A stretch of 64,000 nt of DNA. Origin: Amoebophrya sp. A120. Lineage: Eukaryota; Protista; Dinoflagellata. The notes under the pieces were generated by a model. That model saw nothing but the letters and a program-made list of their open reading frames with translations, was not told the origin of the DNA and did no database searches. The number at the start of each line of letters is the position of its first letter. The stretch's first letter is position 1. Made by a program: the position numbers and the translations under genes. Positions 46,201 to 57,230 of the stretch are shown here, in pieces. The stretch lies in assembly GCA_905178155.1 (NCBI GenBank), contig CAJINV010000005.1:4195556-4259555 (forward strand). Direction: 5' to 3'.

Positions 46201-48994
46201 TGGTTTACCTCCTCGTCCAGAAGCGTCACCTCTAGTTCGCGCCCGATTTCTGCCGGGTCTGGATATCCCTGGGGAATTACGCCCGCTCCTGTGTAGTGCC
46301 ACAGCGTGTCATAAACGGCGGCGGGAAAGGACATGACATCGCCCTGCACCGGGTGGTGGTCCTGCTGCGTTGTACTATTCTTTGCCGCTTGACGGGTTTG
46401 CGGTCCTCTCGCTCGCAGAAAGGGCAGTACTTCCTTCTCGCAAACGTCTTTGTCGTACACTTCCAGCTGAGAGAACAGAAAACTCGCCGAAATCTGATAA
46501 CTCGCGTGGGTGTAAAAATCGGCAGCATACTTCCGCCCGTTGGATGCCCCGCCCTCGTCCTCGAAGCTAAAGTCCTGCAGCACAGGTTGTGCAGCTTCGT
46601 TCCCGGCCTCCGAACGGAGCTGTGCCTGTCCCCCTGCTCCAGCCTCGGAAGTAGTAGGAGCGCTGGTGTTCACAAATGACGCGTGCGTGTCGTTGAAGCG
46701 CAGGGGCTCCAAGTTGCTCCGCACGTAGTGCAGGTAGGAGAAGGGTTGGAACAAGCAGTCCCCGGGCCGCAGGTGCGCGTGCTCCAGGGTCACGTTCTGC
46801 AGCTCGTATCGTGAAGAAAAATCCCCTACCCGACGCAGCTTTGTGGCCAAGAATCTTCATGTCTGTCCTGCACGAGGGCAAGTGCCGAAGAATTGTGCGC
46901 CGCATTTTTATGGTGGGGGCTCGTCATGCTGTTGGGCCTCCAGGGCAGTTGCTTCCCATGCTAAGCAAGAACTACATCCTTTTTACGCTGCTCCTACACA
47001 GGCTGAGACCACTCTGGCTGCAGTTTCTTACAGCAACACAGATCTACTGTGTACGAAAATTTAAGTCACATGAGAGCCATTGCGTTTGATACGGGGAGGA
47101 TGAACCAGGGTTTTTCATTTTGATAGCTCCGGATACACGTTCAGATCCACCGAGTCGACGTCCACTGCCACCCAATCGGTCCCCCGATTGAGAAGATCCT
47201 CTTCCGTGTTGTAGTTTCCGCCACGGACCCACTGCATGGCCTTTCCGTATTTCCGTGTGTCAATCAAAAAAAAATCCTTCCATCCCCGGTAGACGCAGAA
47301 GAAAATATTCTCCTTATCGTAGTGCAGTTGAGACTTCGTCGGCCTTCCCGCAACCCACAGATTCGGCTCGAGGCTGTGGGTGAACGCGTTGTGGCCCTCC
47401 AGTGCGGACGGAAACGGATGCGGCCAAAGCTCCTTCTTGCGCGACACAGCGGAATTCACGTTTCCGATGCTTGTCCACGACTCTTCGAGAAGTTGTAGGG
47501 GGTCCTCTGCGGTCCCAGCATCTGCTCCTTGGCCGGCCGTCTTTTTTCCTCCTTGCCCCGCCTTGCGCGCGGCGTGCTTGGCCGCGGCACGGTCTTTTCG
47601 ACGTTGGTTGTAGTTCCGCGAGACTTTGTGGGGGTCAATCTGCTTTTTTCTGGATCCGCACAAGAACGCCTTCGGAAGCACCGTCTCCCACATCATGCTC
47701 TGCGGCAGAATGGTCACCGCGTACATCATGTCTCGCAACTTGCCCGACGGATCGAGCAGTTCGGCAATGGTGCCGCGAAAGGCCACCACTTCCTCGTGGC
47801 TACCGCGGTTCTCTTTCTTCGGCTCCAACTTCAAGGCCACGTTCCCGAACTTCTCGACGACCATGTCCTGAGGAAATAGGATGTAGTGCCCGAACCACAG
47901 TCAAGATGAGAAGCCAGCCGGAGGACAAACACAAATCCAGCTCCAGAACTTCTACTGGAGCTCAACATGCATGACGTGGTTGTAAAAAGCAAGTTTATTC
48001 ACTATGATCCAGTGTGCTGCTGGTCTTGCCCAGCTAGTCCGGCTGCGTCGCGAATCCGCTACCTTGGCCTGATTAGCCGCGCGTGACACACGCGGGGAGA
48101 GCGGGGCATCAAATAGGATTGGCATTGGATCATGGGCCGCGTGCATCAAATACGCATAACAAGTCGGCCGTGTAATTTTAGTTTAAGTTTTTGTTCTGGA
48201 AATGAAGAGCATGAGCAGGATATTAAAACGAGAAGCCTGCGGAGGTGGGTACTACGTTTCCACACAGGATAGACGTAGGCCTCATCCCAGTACGTCGCCG
48301 CCGGCGACTCCACGTCCCGCAAGAGCACAGGGACGTGCTTCTCCACGTACTCCGTCCAAAACTCGTCCGGGTTCAAGTCCTCAGCACGCACACTTCGGAT
48401 GCGCTTCACGGGCTGCCCTTGAACCCCCAGCGGCTCCCGGTGTCCCTGCCGTAGAGCGGGCCGGACGTCAGTGGGAAGAGAAAGCTTCTCGCTCTCGCCT
48501 CCTGTACGCCGCACTCCGCCGTCCTCGGCATCGGCGCGACCCTGCGCTTGGCCCTGCTGCAGGAGAACGTACTTCACGAAGGCCCGCCGCTCCCGAAACA
48601 GGGCGAACCACTCCTTGGTATTCAAAAACTTGGAGTTGTCCCGATCGTAGTACTGAAACCAGCCCGGGCCGACATCCCACAGCTGCAGTTCCTGCGCGTC
48701 CGCCACGCCATCCCTGTTGCGGTCTACGAACTCACGCAAAACCCCACTGGGGTCATCCCCCGCGCCCACCTCATCCCACTTTGTCCAGCGCGGAGGTAGC
48801 TGCGCTCCACCACCGGGCGACCAGCTTCCTTGCTGCGAATTGCTCCGTCCCTCGACGTGCTCACAAGCACGTAGCGCAAGCAGGAGCACGACAATAAGCA
48901 GAGACGACGAGGAGAACAAAAGTGAGCGTGGTCCTTCACCACACCGGGAGGCGTTGCTTGCGGCACACACTAGCGCCAGCCAGCTAGCTGACAT
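43221..48994 (-). CDS. Secreted-type EF-hand pair plus JmjC/cupin-like 2-oxoglutarate Fe(II) oxygenase, 6 exons
   Basis: Hydrophobic N-terminus; EF-hand loops DRNRDGVADAQE and DRDNSKFLNTKE; cupin-like FWTEYVEKHVPVLL...WDEAYV|VEKFG...NLWV...SQLHYDKENIFFCVYRGWKDFFL...VDLNVYPE|LQNV...LRPGDCLFQPFSYLHYVRS (HxD...H triad). The C-terminal exons join in frame across introners down to TAA at 43221. Confidence 0.85.
43545..44953. mobile_element. Long (1409-bp) introner family A with internal cargo
   Basis: Family A TIRs; perfect TSD tcgtg; KGHE|TYYVR restored. Confidence 0.9.
45052..45464. mobile_element. Introner family B
   Basis: B-type TIRs; degenerate TSD tccga/ctcaa; frame restored. Confidence 0.75.
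45747..46189. mobile_element. Introner family B (left terminal TAT missing)
   Basis: TSD ctcga/tgcga; KIR|ERNRLK restored. Confidence 0.65.
46807..47125. mobile_element. Introner family C
   Basis: TSD gctcg/gctcc; JmjC YPE|LQNV restored. Confidence 0.9.
47864..48271. mobile_element. Introner family B
   Basis: TSD gacca/gacgt; JmjC EAYV|VEKFG restored. Confidence 0.8.
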
Positions 48995-49874
48995 CCTGCC
49001 TCCAGGCCCGTTTTGAATTTCAATCTAGTAAGTTGTAGAAGTGATTCCTACTTTTGTCAAAGGATCACTCTGTCCTGACCGGACGAGCATTTGCGCTACC
49101 TTACAGCTTTTACTTTTGAGGTGTTCTCTTCTGTGCGGGTGCAGTCGTGCCCATACCAAAAATACACGACCTGCAAAAGATCATCAGCACACGTACCGAT
49201 TTCTGAGAAGGGCCGACAACAACTGTGACCGGTTGCTAGCGTTACACCAATTGCAAAGCGCGCGGACCCGCCAGCAACAACAAGGCCATACGTAAATGTG
49301 ATTTATATCATCGAGACCTCCATCAATGTGTCGCCGCGACACGTTCTGATTGACGGAGAGAAGATCCCAGTCCACTCAGCATTTGTCTCCGTACATAGCT
49401 GTGCACTAAGGCTGAAGCCATTTTTTTTTTCTGTTTATCTCCTCCCTTCCAAAATAAGGCTCAAAACGAAAACCAAACATAGCGTATCAGCCAGCACTCG
49501 GATTGCAAATGGAGCCACTTCGAGGATGGCACTCCGTCATTTGTGCGTAATTCTTGCGGTTCTTCTTCTGGCATCAGGGCCGCGAGAGTGCTTGCTACTA
49601 GAAGCATCGAGTTGAAGCATGGCCATCCGTACTAGAAGATGAGAAAACATAATGACCACATCAAGCGATCTTAGTACTTGGTACGGCTGTATGCGACCGT
49701 GCAGATATAGATACTGGGGTTTCATCGGCAGCGTGCCTTCACAGAAGACATCAGCCAACGCGAGAGTGCTGCGGACTGTCCCGCTCAGTTTTCCGTGGCA
49801 ATACGGCTCATGCCTTTTCTGTCGCAGACCCCCTGACAAACAAACTGCAGCTCCGTTTTTCTAGTGTCGCACCG

Positions 49875-52800
49875 CTACGCCTTTTTGTACGGAAAGTCTT
49901 TGTGCCAGTAGATAGCATCACCAGTAACAAAGTCTTCATCCCGTGACCTAGAACCGCCCATCCCGGCGCCAGGATCTGGTAGGGAATAGCTCTTATCCTC
50001 CGTGAAAATGTCCACAAAACGCATCACCAAGAGGATTTGCCTGGGGTGCCGGTGCAATCGCTGCATAAGCTTTGCCTCCGAACGTCCACGTTCAACGCGA
50101 CTAGTGGAAGCCTGATGTAGCTGCGAGGAGCGCCGCATAAAAAAAAAGCGTGTACTTAGACGCCAACCACGAGGCGACTCAGATTAAGGGCGCATGACAA
50201 AATTAATACAACTCTTGCTCTTCGTGTTCATCGTCCCAAGCATAGACCGTTGCGGAGAACAACAGTCTAGGTAAAAAAATCTACTTAACGATACTGTCTT
50301 TTCCGTTGTACATCAGACTGTTATCATTCACATGCCTGCACCAAAAACTCCCCCAGTTCTCATCTAGCGTTTTTTCTGGAGATTCTCTAGTAGAGAACAT
50401 TTTCTCGTGGATAGCGCCAGCGCAAAAAGTGGTGGTCAACCTTTTGGACACACTCGAGCTCCACTTCTTGGCCTAGCACGAACACGGCGCATCTGGAAGG
50501 CCTGCCAATGGGCTCGTGCAGGTTCAGGAAGTGGCTGCCATTTTTGGACACGATTCCTCGAGTACTACGGAAAATTTTGCCACTGGTGACCAGATCCCGC
50601 CGGATCGCTTCGTGCACGTCTTCCGCTGCAATGCTTCGCAAGACTTCCCGCCCGGCACAGAAAAGCCGTTCCAACCGCCGCAACACAAACAGGAACTGGT
50701 CCAGCGTCAATCTCTGCAGGCCGTCGTCTGCGTGGTCGTGCTTTTGCTGTTTGCCCCTCGTCGTAGTTGTACCGCTAGTTGTAGGACCGGAGAAGAGCCT
50801 GCTGTCCTGCTCCCGTTGCGACGTTGCGTCCATTTTCTTCGCCAGACGCTTCGCACCATCCAAAGTTGCGCAGCTCCAACTACAGTCTCCCTTGCTGTTT
50901 CGTGCTTCCTCTTGGTCTCGCTCTCCGTAGTTCTCCGCAGAGGGCGGGCCCTGTTTGCTACTCTGTCTCCTCGACTCGTCCTTCAAAAGAGAAGGCCAGA
51001 CTTGGACTTCTCGCCGAGGGGAGTGGCCGGCGTCCGCGACCTCCAAAAGAGCAGCAGCCTGAACACCAGCGTCGCTCTCGACATCATCCTCTTCTGATGT
51101 CAGCATATCGCTGCTCCTAGAAGATGAACAGCAGCTCGAAGCGTCTTCGGCGTCCGGGGTAGAGGAACCAACCACTTCTTTCCCCTTCTCCTTTTCGCGC
51201 AGCAGCCTGTTGCGCTCGAAATCGTAGAACCCGTCGAACACATGTCTTATCCGCGCCTTGACGCGTTGCATTTGTTGGACTGTCAGCGAACCATCAGCAA
51301 GATTTACAGGCTCCAACTCCATCAGCATGGAGTTTTCATCGCTAGTTCCGCTTCCATCCCCTCCAGCCCCGGATGCTAGGCCCTGTTCTGCTTCTGGCTG
51401 ACCACGTACTGCTGGGCGGTGGGATTCGGTCGCTGTGCTCGCAAGACTTGCGTGCAGCCCGCGTACGAAGAAAAAGCAGGCCTGCGCGACCTTATCCAGG
51501 AAAAAAAGTGTGTAAGTGTAACTTTCTTTGAGAAACAGCATCACAAATTTGCTCTACATGACAGAGAAAACCTGTCATGCGTGACTTGTAAGGGAAAACA
51601 CACATGAAAAAAGGACTTCATGGCTATCTGGCATGACAGGTGTAACCCTTTTGCATGTTCTGCAACACAAATTTACACTTACACAGTTTTTTTCTTGCAT
51701 AGACCTCCAATTCGGTGTATTCCGAGTAAAAACATCCCCACCCCAGACTTGTCACGCAAATCTGCATGCCAAAAATATTTCTCATGCGGAGCCCCATGCG
51801 AAGCATTTCTCCGTCGTGTTTTGGAGTTTGTGTTGCAGCTCAAATCAGCACGATATGCTAGATCTGTGATGCTGCTGGAGCTAGCTAAACAGGATTACAC
51901 TACGGGGCCAAATTTGTCATGCGAAACAACAGAAGCTGGTTGATTTGTCTAGCAGATTTCCCATCTTGACCCTGGTGTGGGGATGTTTTTACATAGGATA
52001 CGGTGACCTCATTGCTCTGTTCCTTCAAGCGACACCGGAGCCGTTCGGCAAAGTTTCGGATGTAGTCGCTCAGGCCTTCCATGGTTCGCCAAGCTGGTGC
52101 TGGTGGCACAGGCACTGGCACACTTCTTACAAACTCCTGGAAAGATTTATTATACGTGAATCAGCAGCCGCGGTCCCTTGCCCTTCGACGGAAGTAAGTT
52201 GTCCATATACTTATGTTCCATAGTAATGTTAATGTTCGAAGGAGGAGGTGGTCGTGGTATATAATAGCATCGAGCTCACAGCCAGTACGTGGCGAGTCAT
52301 GCTGTCTTCTTCATCCACCGACCTGCTGAGCGTGGCCGCTTATCCATTCCTATCGCGAACTAGACCAACATCCCTTACTTTTCACATGGGTATTTAGGGT
52401 CGCATTGAATCTTGTTCCTGCGAAGTCGGTAAATCAACGGCTCTTTATTTAGGATTTACCTGCCGGCACAACACGAACACGGCACTTATGAAAAAATATT
52501 CATCGCATCACTTTCCTCTCCACAGCGTTTCGTACTCGTTTGTTTCGATTCGGAACGCCTTTCGTTTCGATTGCCATGCCAACAGGAGCCAGGTTTTCCT
52601 TTTTTATTTTTGCCATTGCCAGCGATCGTCAAAATAAAGTTTTGTCGCCAACTATCTCCAACAGTAGAATTAGAATTGTGATCCCGGTACTTGATCTTGT
52701 CAAGATCAGGGTAGTGCAGTCGCGATCAGGCAGAATTTTACTTTTGGTCTCGGTGTCGCAGCTACCGCTACGAATCAATCCCGTAGAAATAGCATCTTCA

Positions 52801-55408
52801 ACTAATCGTTGTAATAAATGCTCTTGACTCGTCTTTTTCGCGCACTTTGACCTAAAAGCATGGAATCGAGCCAGTGTGTCGTATTGCAACGTGTTGAGGG
52901 TGGTACTTATCAGTGTGTGCACTGTGACGAATGGCACGTCGCCCTTCATGATCATGATAGATTATGACGTTGACGACCATGTTTCGCTGCATGATAATGA
53001 AACATCCTCGTGGTTGTACCACCAGGCCTGTGATCATCTACCAGCGCCCATACATGTTCGGCCGGGAACGCCCAAAGGCCGGCCTCGTTCGGTGTTTTAG
53101 GTCTGCACGGATCGCCTTTTTGCACTGCTCCCGACCGATCCGCGGGAAGTAGCCATGCTGTGTGGGCACCAGCTCTGGCGCCTTCAGGTGGCAATTCATA
53201 AGAGGAGTTTTGCCATCACTCGCAAGTTTGATTCGCGGTTGTACTAGACGATCTTGATCGACGTCCCCAGCAGGTCGTCCTCCGCAACTACCAGTCTGGC
53301 TTGTCATGCTACGCGCAAAGAGCTCGCTGTTGTCCCATCGATTGTGGACGCCGCCTCGCTGGTCCCAGTCCAGCTTGTTGGGCAGTACCCACTGCTTCCA
53401 CCGGACGTTCCGTCGCATTTCCTTTCGGTAAAAGGCCTGATCCGACTCCCCAAAGTGTTCGGTGATCCCGGCCTCCGCGTCTATTTTTCCGCGGCTTTTT
53501 CCAGCAGCCCAGAGCGCCCCGCCGATTTTTTCCGGCGAGTTCGTGCGCGGCGTTTCGTCCTGCTTAGACGTTGAGGTTGGGGGCGAGAAGACGTCAAAAG
53601 CCGCATCCTCGCGGGCCGATTCGGTCCCCGAATGCGCTCCCGTAGACCCAACGCTCGATGCGCCCGACGAAGCAGAAGAAGATGCACATGCAGTTGCACT
53701 ATATAGCTCCCTCAGCTGCTACATTCTCAACAGTCGCAAACTGCTATTGCAACAGTGGGCAACTGTTACGAATAAACCCCGCAGACTTTATTTTACGATG
53801 CAAAAAGTATAGAAAGTGCATTATGTTGGTGACCACCGGTGCATTATGTACAGGTAGGGAGTTTTCTTTTTTTCAGAACAGACCGCCCCACTGCCCTCCC
53901 GATCTCGGATCTTTGGAAATGAACTCTTGCCGACTAAGCGAGAAGATGGTAAGCGAGGTCCCAGCGTCCCCCCTTTCCCTGGAGGGCAGAAACGAGGGTG
54001 GCCCTGTAAAACTAAAAAGTGAGCTGGCCTCCTATATACAAATAACGCGCATGTTGACCGGTTCAGGAAACCCTGAGTCTCACTAGACAAACCTCCAAGC
54101 AAAATTTGTACATTCATTTGCTGAACATGCTAATTAATGCAAGACGAAATCCAAGCTCGTCTTCTGTCACAGCAACAGTTGAGATTGTAACACCTGCGCA
54201 GATGATAAACAAGGCAAAGCAGTAAGTAAATTGTACAGGACGAAGACGTCGCATACGCGAGGGCACCCCGTGCGCATTGCGTAGTCTGCTGCCGTTCTGT
54301 TTTCCGCGTCCCGCGCACGGCCGTTCGCTCCCTTTTGCAAGAGGAGGCGGCAGGTGCCGTAGGACTTCTGCTGCGCCGCCAACATGAGCGGCGTTCTCCC
54401 CGAACGTGTATGGGATTGTTCCCAAGCGTTGCATTCTCAGTTGTTGCATGATTTGTCGTCCAAAATTCTCTACTTACATCATCAAGCTGCTTCGCGTGCA
54501 AAGTTCTCGACGCGGACACGCACACGCTAGATAGCATGCATTAGAATCTGCGCCAAAGAACCTGTAACGCAAAAAGCGCAATCCTCCCCCTTTGCCTTTC
54601 ACTTTTGCCATTCTTGCAGTACATGTAACAGTTGAGAAAGTAACGTTTGAGAACCCCATAACGTGAATCTTTCCTGTCGAGTATCTGTTTCAGCACCTTT
54701 TTGTTGCCGAGCGTCCGTAGCAACTCATCTACTGCGGGATAATCCGCACTGGCGCACGCGTCACGAAGAGATTTTGCAAAATGTTCTATTGCAGCAAACT
54801 GGACCTTCTCGTTGTGTTGTCGACCACCCGCAACGACTTCACCACCGGGCGGAAGAGTAGATCCTGCAGCATGCCGTTCCTGCAGCGAAAGGTTTGTGTC
54901 CGCCTTCTGCGGTCGTAGACTTCGGGACGGAGCTCGTCCTCCCGTTCTTTCCTCCAAAACGGTAGTGCCCCAAGTGCGAGTATGCGTGCAGTCATGGCGG
55001 AGCGTGCTGGAGCTTCCTTGCGACGAAAAAAGATCGACCAAGAGCTCCTCCCTTACTGCCGCGCTCCGCGGCCCCCCAGAAGGCTTACAGCGCTCCGCCG
55101 ACATTTCCTCCAAAACACGGGGACTCCCTGTGTTCGGAACACCAGTTAGGGGCTGCCGGCATGCGAGGCTCTTGCTTCGAAGTGACGCCTATCCACTGCA
55201 AGCATGTCTGGGTCTGGAAAGACGGAGTTGCTTTGTGCTGCTGAGCTTCGCATGCCAAAGTGGACTCGCTCCTGTAGTTGTACACCATGAAGAGAGCATT
55301 GTCTTTCACTTTCAAATATTGGACGACCAAGCCATACCTAGACATATTTGCGATGCATAATGCCGTTGTGGTCGCAGTCTGCGCCAAATCTTGTACGAAT
55401 TGCTGCAT
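49875..55408 (-). CDS. Ankyrin-repeat-containing protein, multi-exon (both ends and middle junctions uncertain)
   Basis: DSR|SGRTPLMLAAQQKSYGTCRLLLQKGANGRARDAENRTAADYA is an ankyrin repeat, formed only after removing introner 54409-54660. Further in-frame joins: TTTA|SLRSK, EVT|ELEV|AQACFF, RWR|SSQLH. The downstream exons could belong to a separate gene. Confidence 0.65.
50135..50413. mobile_element. Introner (E-like, left TIR decayed)
   Basis: Perfect TSD gcgcc; frame restored. Confidence 0.6.
51493..51701. mobile_element. Introner family E
   Basis: TIR tat.ca.gaaaaaaa.tgtgtaagtgtaa; perfect TSD gacct. Confidence 0.9.
51718..52000. mobile_element. Introner family B
   Basis: Perfect TSD cggtg; frame restored. 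Confidence 0.9.
54409..54660. mobile_element. Introner family F (tatggg...cccata)
   Basis: Perfect TSD acgtg; ankyrin repeat restored. Confidence 0.85.
55190..55359. mobile_element. Introner family A (short)
   Basis: TSD acgcc/atgcc; frame restored. Confidence 0.85.
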
Positions 55409-57230
55409 CAAGGTTTGTTGCGTGGTGCGACTCACGCCCCACACCGGCCAGCTGGCGAATATGAGAGCGCAGCACACCTCTTCCTGTAATGCAAAATTGC
55501 AATTCATCCAGTGCTCCTGCCCCTGTATAAGCACTAGCAGAAGCAGCACCAGCTTGCATCAGAAATAACTTGAGCACCACGACAGTGCTGCAGTCTGCAC
55601 CTGGACTTGATACACAGATCCCAAAGCGCCACAAGAAGGCAACGAGGCTACACCTCTGCCGTGATCTCTGTTGGTGTTGCCGAGTATGCCCACTGCAAAT
55701 GAGAGAGAGGAGGACTTGTGCATCAGCGTAGCGAAGTGGCGTCGCCCGGAACGGGCGACCAACCCGCGGCTCAACCGGTTACTCTTCATACTTACAGTTA
55801 GCTGCCGCCGGTCGCCAGTTATAAAACAATGCGGCGCAACCGAACCTGCTGAAGAAGAGTCCTCTGGAATTGTTGTTCTGTTTTTGTGCTCTTCACATGA
55901 TCATACGTGCGAAGCAAAAATGGTTGTGCGTGGGGTCTTCCTTCAGCGACAGACCTGGTGCCCCATGTAAAGCTACACTCTGCAACACGACACGCGAGGA
56001 CGTTGTTGCCACTGGTTCATCCCTTGGCCCGATGGGCATGTCACTTGCCAGTCAGGTTCCCCTGGCCCGATGGGCAACATGTAAGCCACTTGCCAGTCTC
56101 AAAACACCGCCAGACAAAAAGTTGAGCAGATTCAAGTTCCTACCTTTCCGCATGAGGTTGACCGCTAATAATAACAAACAAGCGTACGAGCACTGAAAAT
56201 AATCATCGGTTCCGTTTCATGTCGCCTGAACAAGAGGCCCATGCCTCTCTACCTCCGCCTTCTGCACGCAGCAATCTCCGTCACCAGGCAACTGCGACCA
56301 ACAATCTTCATTGGAGGTAAACAAGGCTAATTTTGATTTGGATCTGATTTCCCACATACCAGAAGAAGAAATATGCGCAGGCAGAAAATCTGAAGATCTG
56401 TGCAACAAATTCATCAGCTGTAGAACACAGACTAGAGTGAGCGCGATTGCTGCAAATCAGGATGTGGCGCACTTCGTGACTGCCGTAATTTTGCCTAACG
56501 GCCTCAATTCCATTAGCGCGTTACTACACTCGTCCATCCTAGGAACCTAGCACATTCCGACCGACCAATCGTTCCTGTGTATGACCAGTATGTGAAAATA
56601 AAGTAGGGTTGATTATATGACTGTCATTTCTAGCTCTGTTTTAGTTTCTCGAGTCGAAGCGAAGTGTTTTGCTGGAGGCAGGCCTCTCCGCATATGGCTC
56701 GATCGACAAGGGCAGAGCTCCGCCTAATTTCCCAAGTCCCTACTGCTGAATAAAAATTATTTTCGTTGATATTACCTTTGGGATGTGTAGTGCTCGATCT
56801 TCAATTTCATGATACAATGAATATAAATTGATCATATTAACGCGACGCATTAGATTACTTTCTGTGCGACATCGAGATGATGCGGCAGCGTCAACAAGAA
56901 TACATGGCTCATCATACAGATAAACAGTAACAGGTAGAGTTGTCCCAACAGCACAATGAATTATACAGCAGCAGCAGCAGCAGCGCGTCACGCGGAGGTG
57001 ACCATTGGCGGCACAAGCCTTCCCTTTTTTTCCCGGGGGTTAGAAAGCTAAATCCGGCTGTTGCAAGAACAGTTCTAAATATCATCAGGCTGTTGCGACC
57101 GAAACAACTAGGTACAGGGCTTGTCGTTGTCGTTGTGGGCACCAAACTCTACAACTTTCTTATTCTTGGTCCCGTATTCTATTAATCTCCCCGCTACCAA
57201 AACCGCGACCGCGGCCACTTCAACAAGTCT

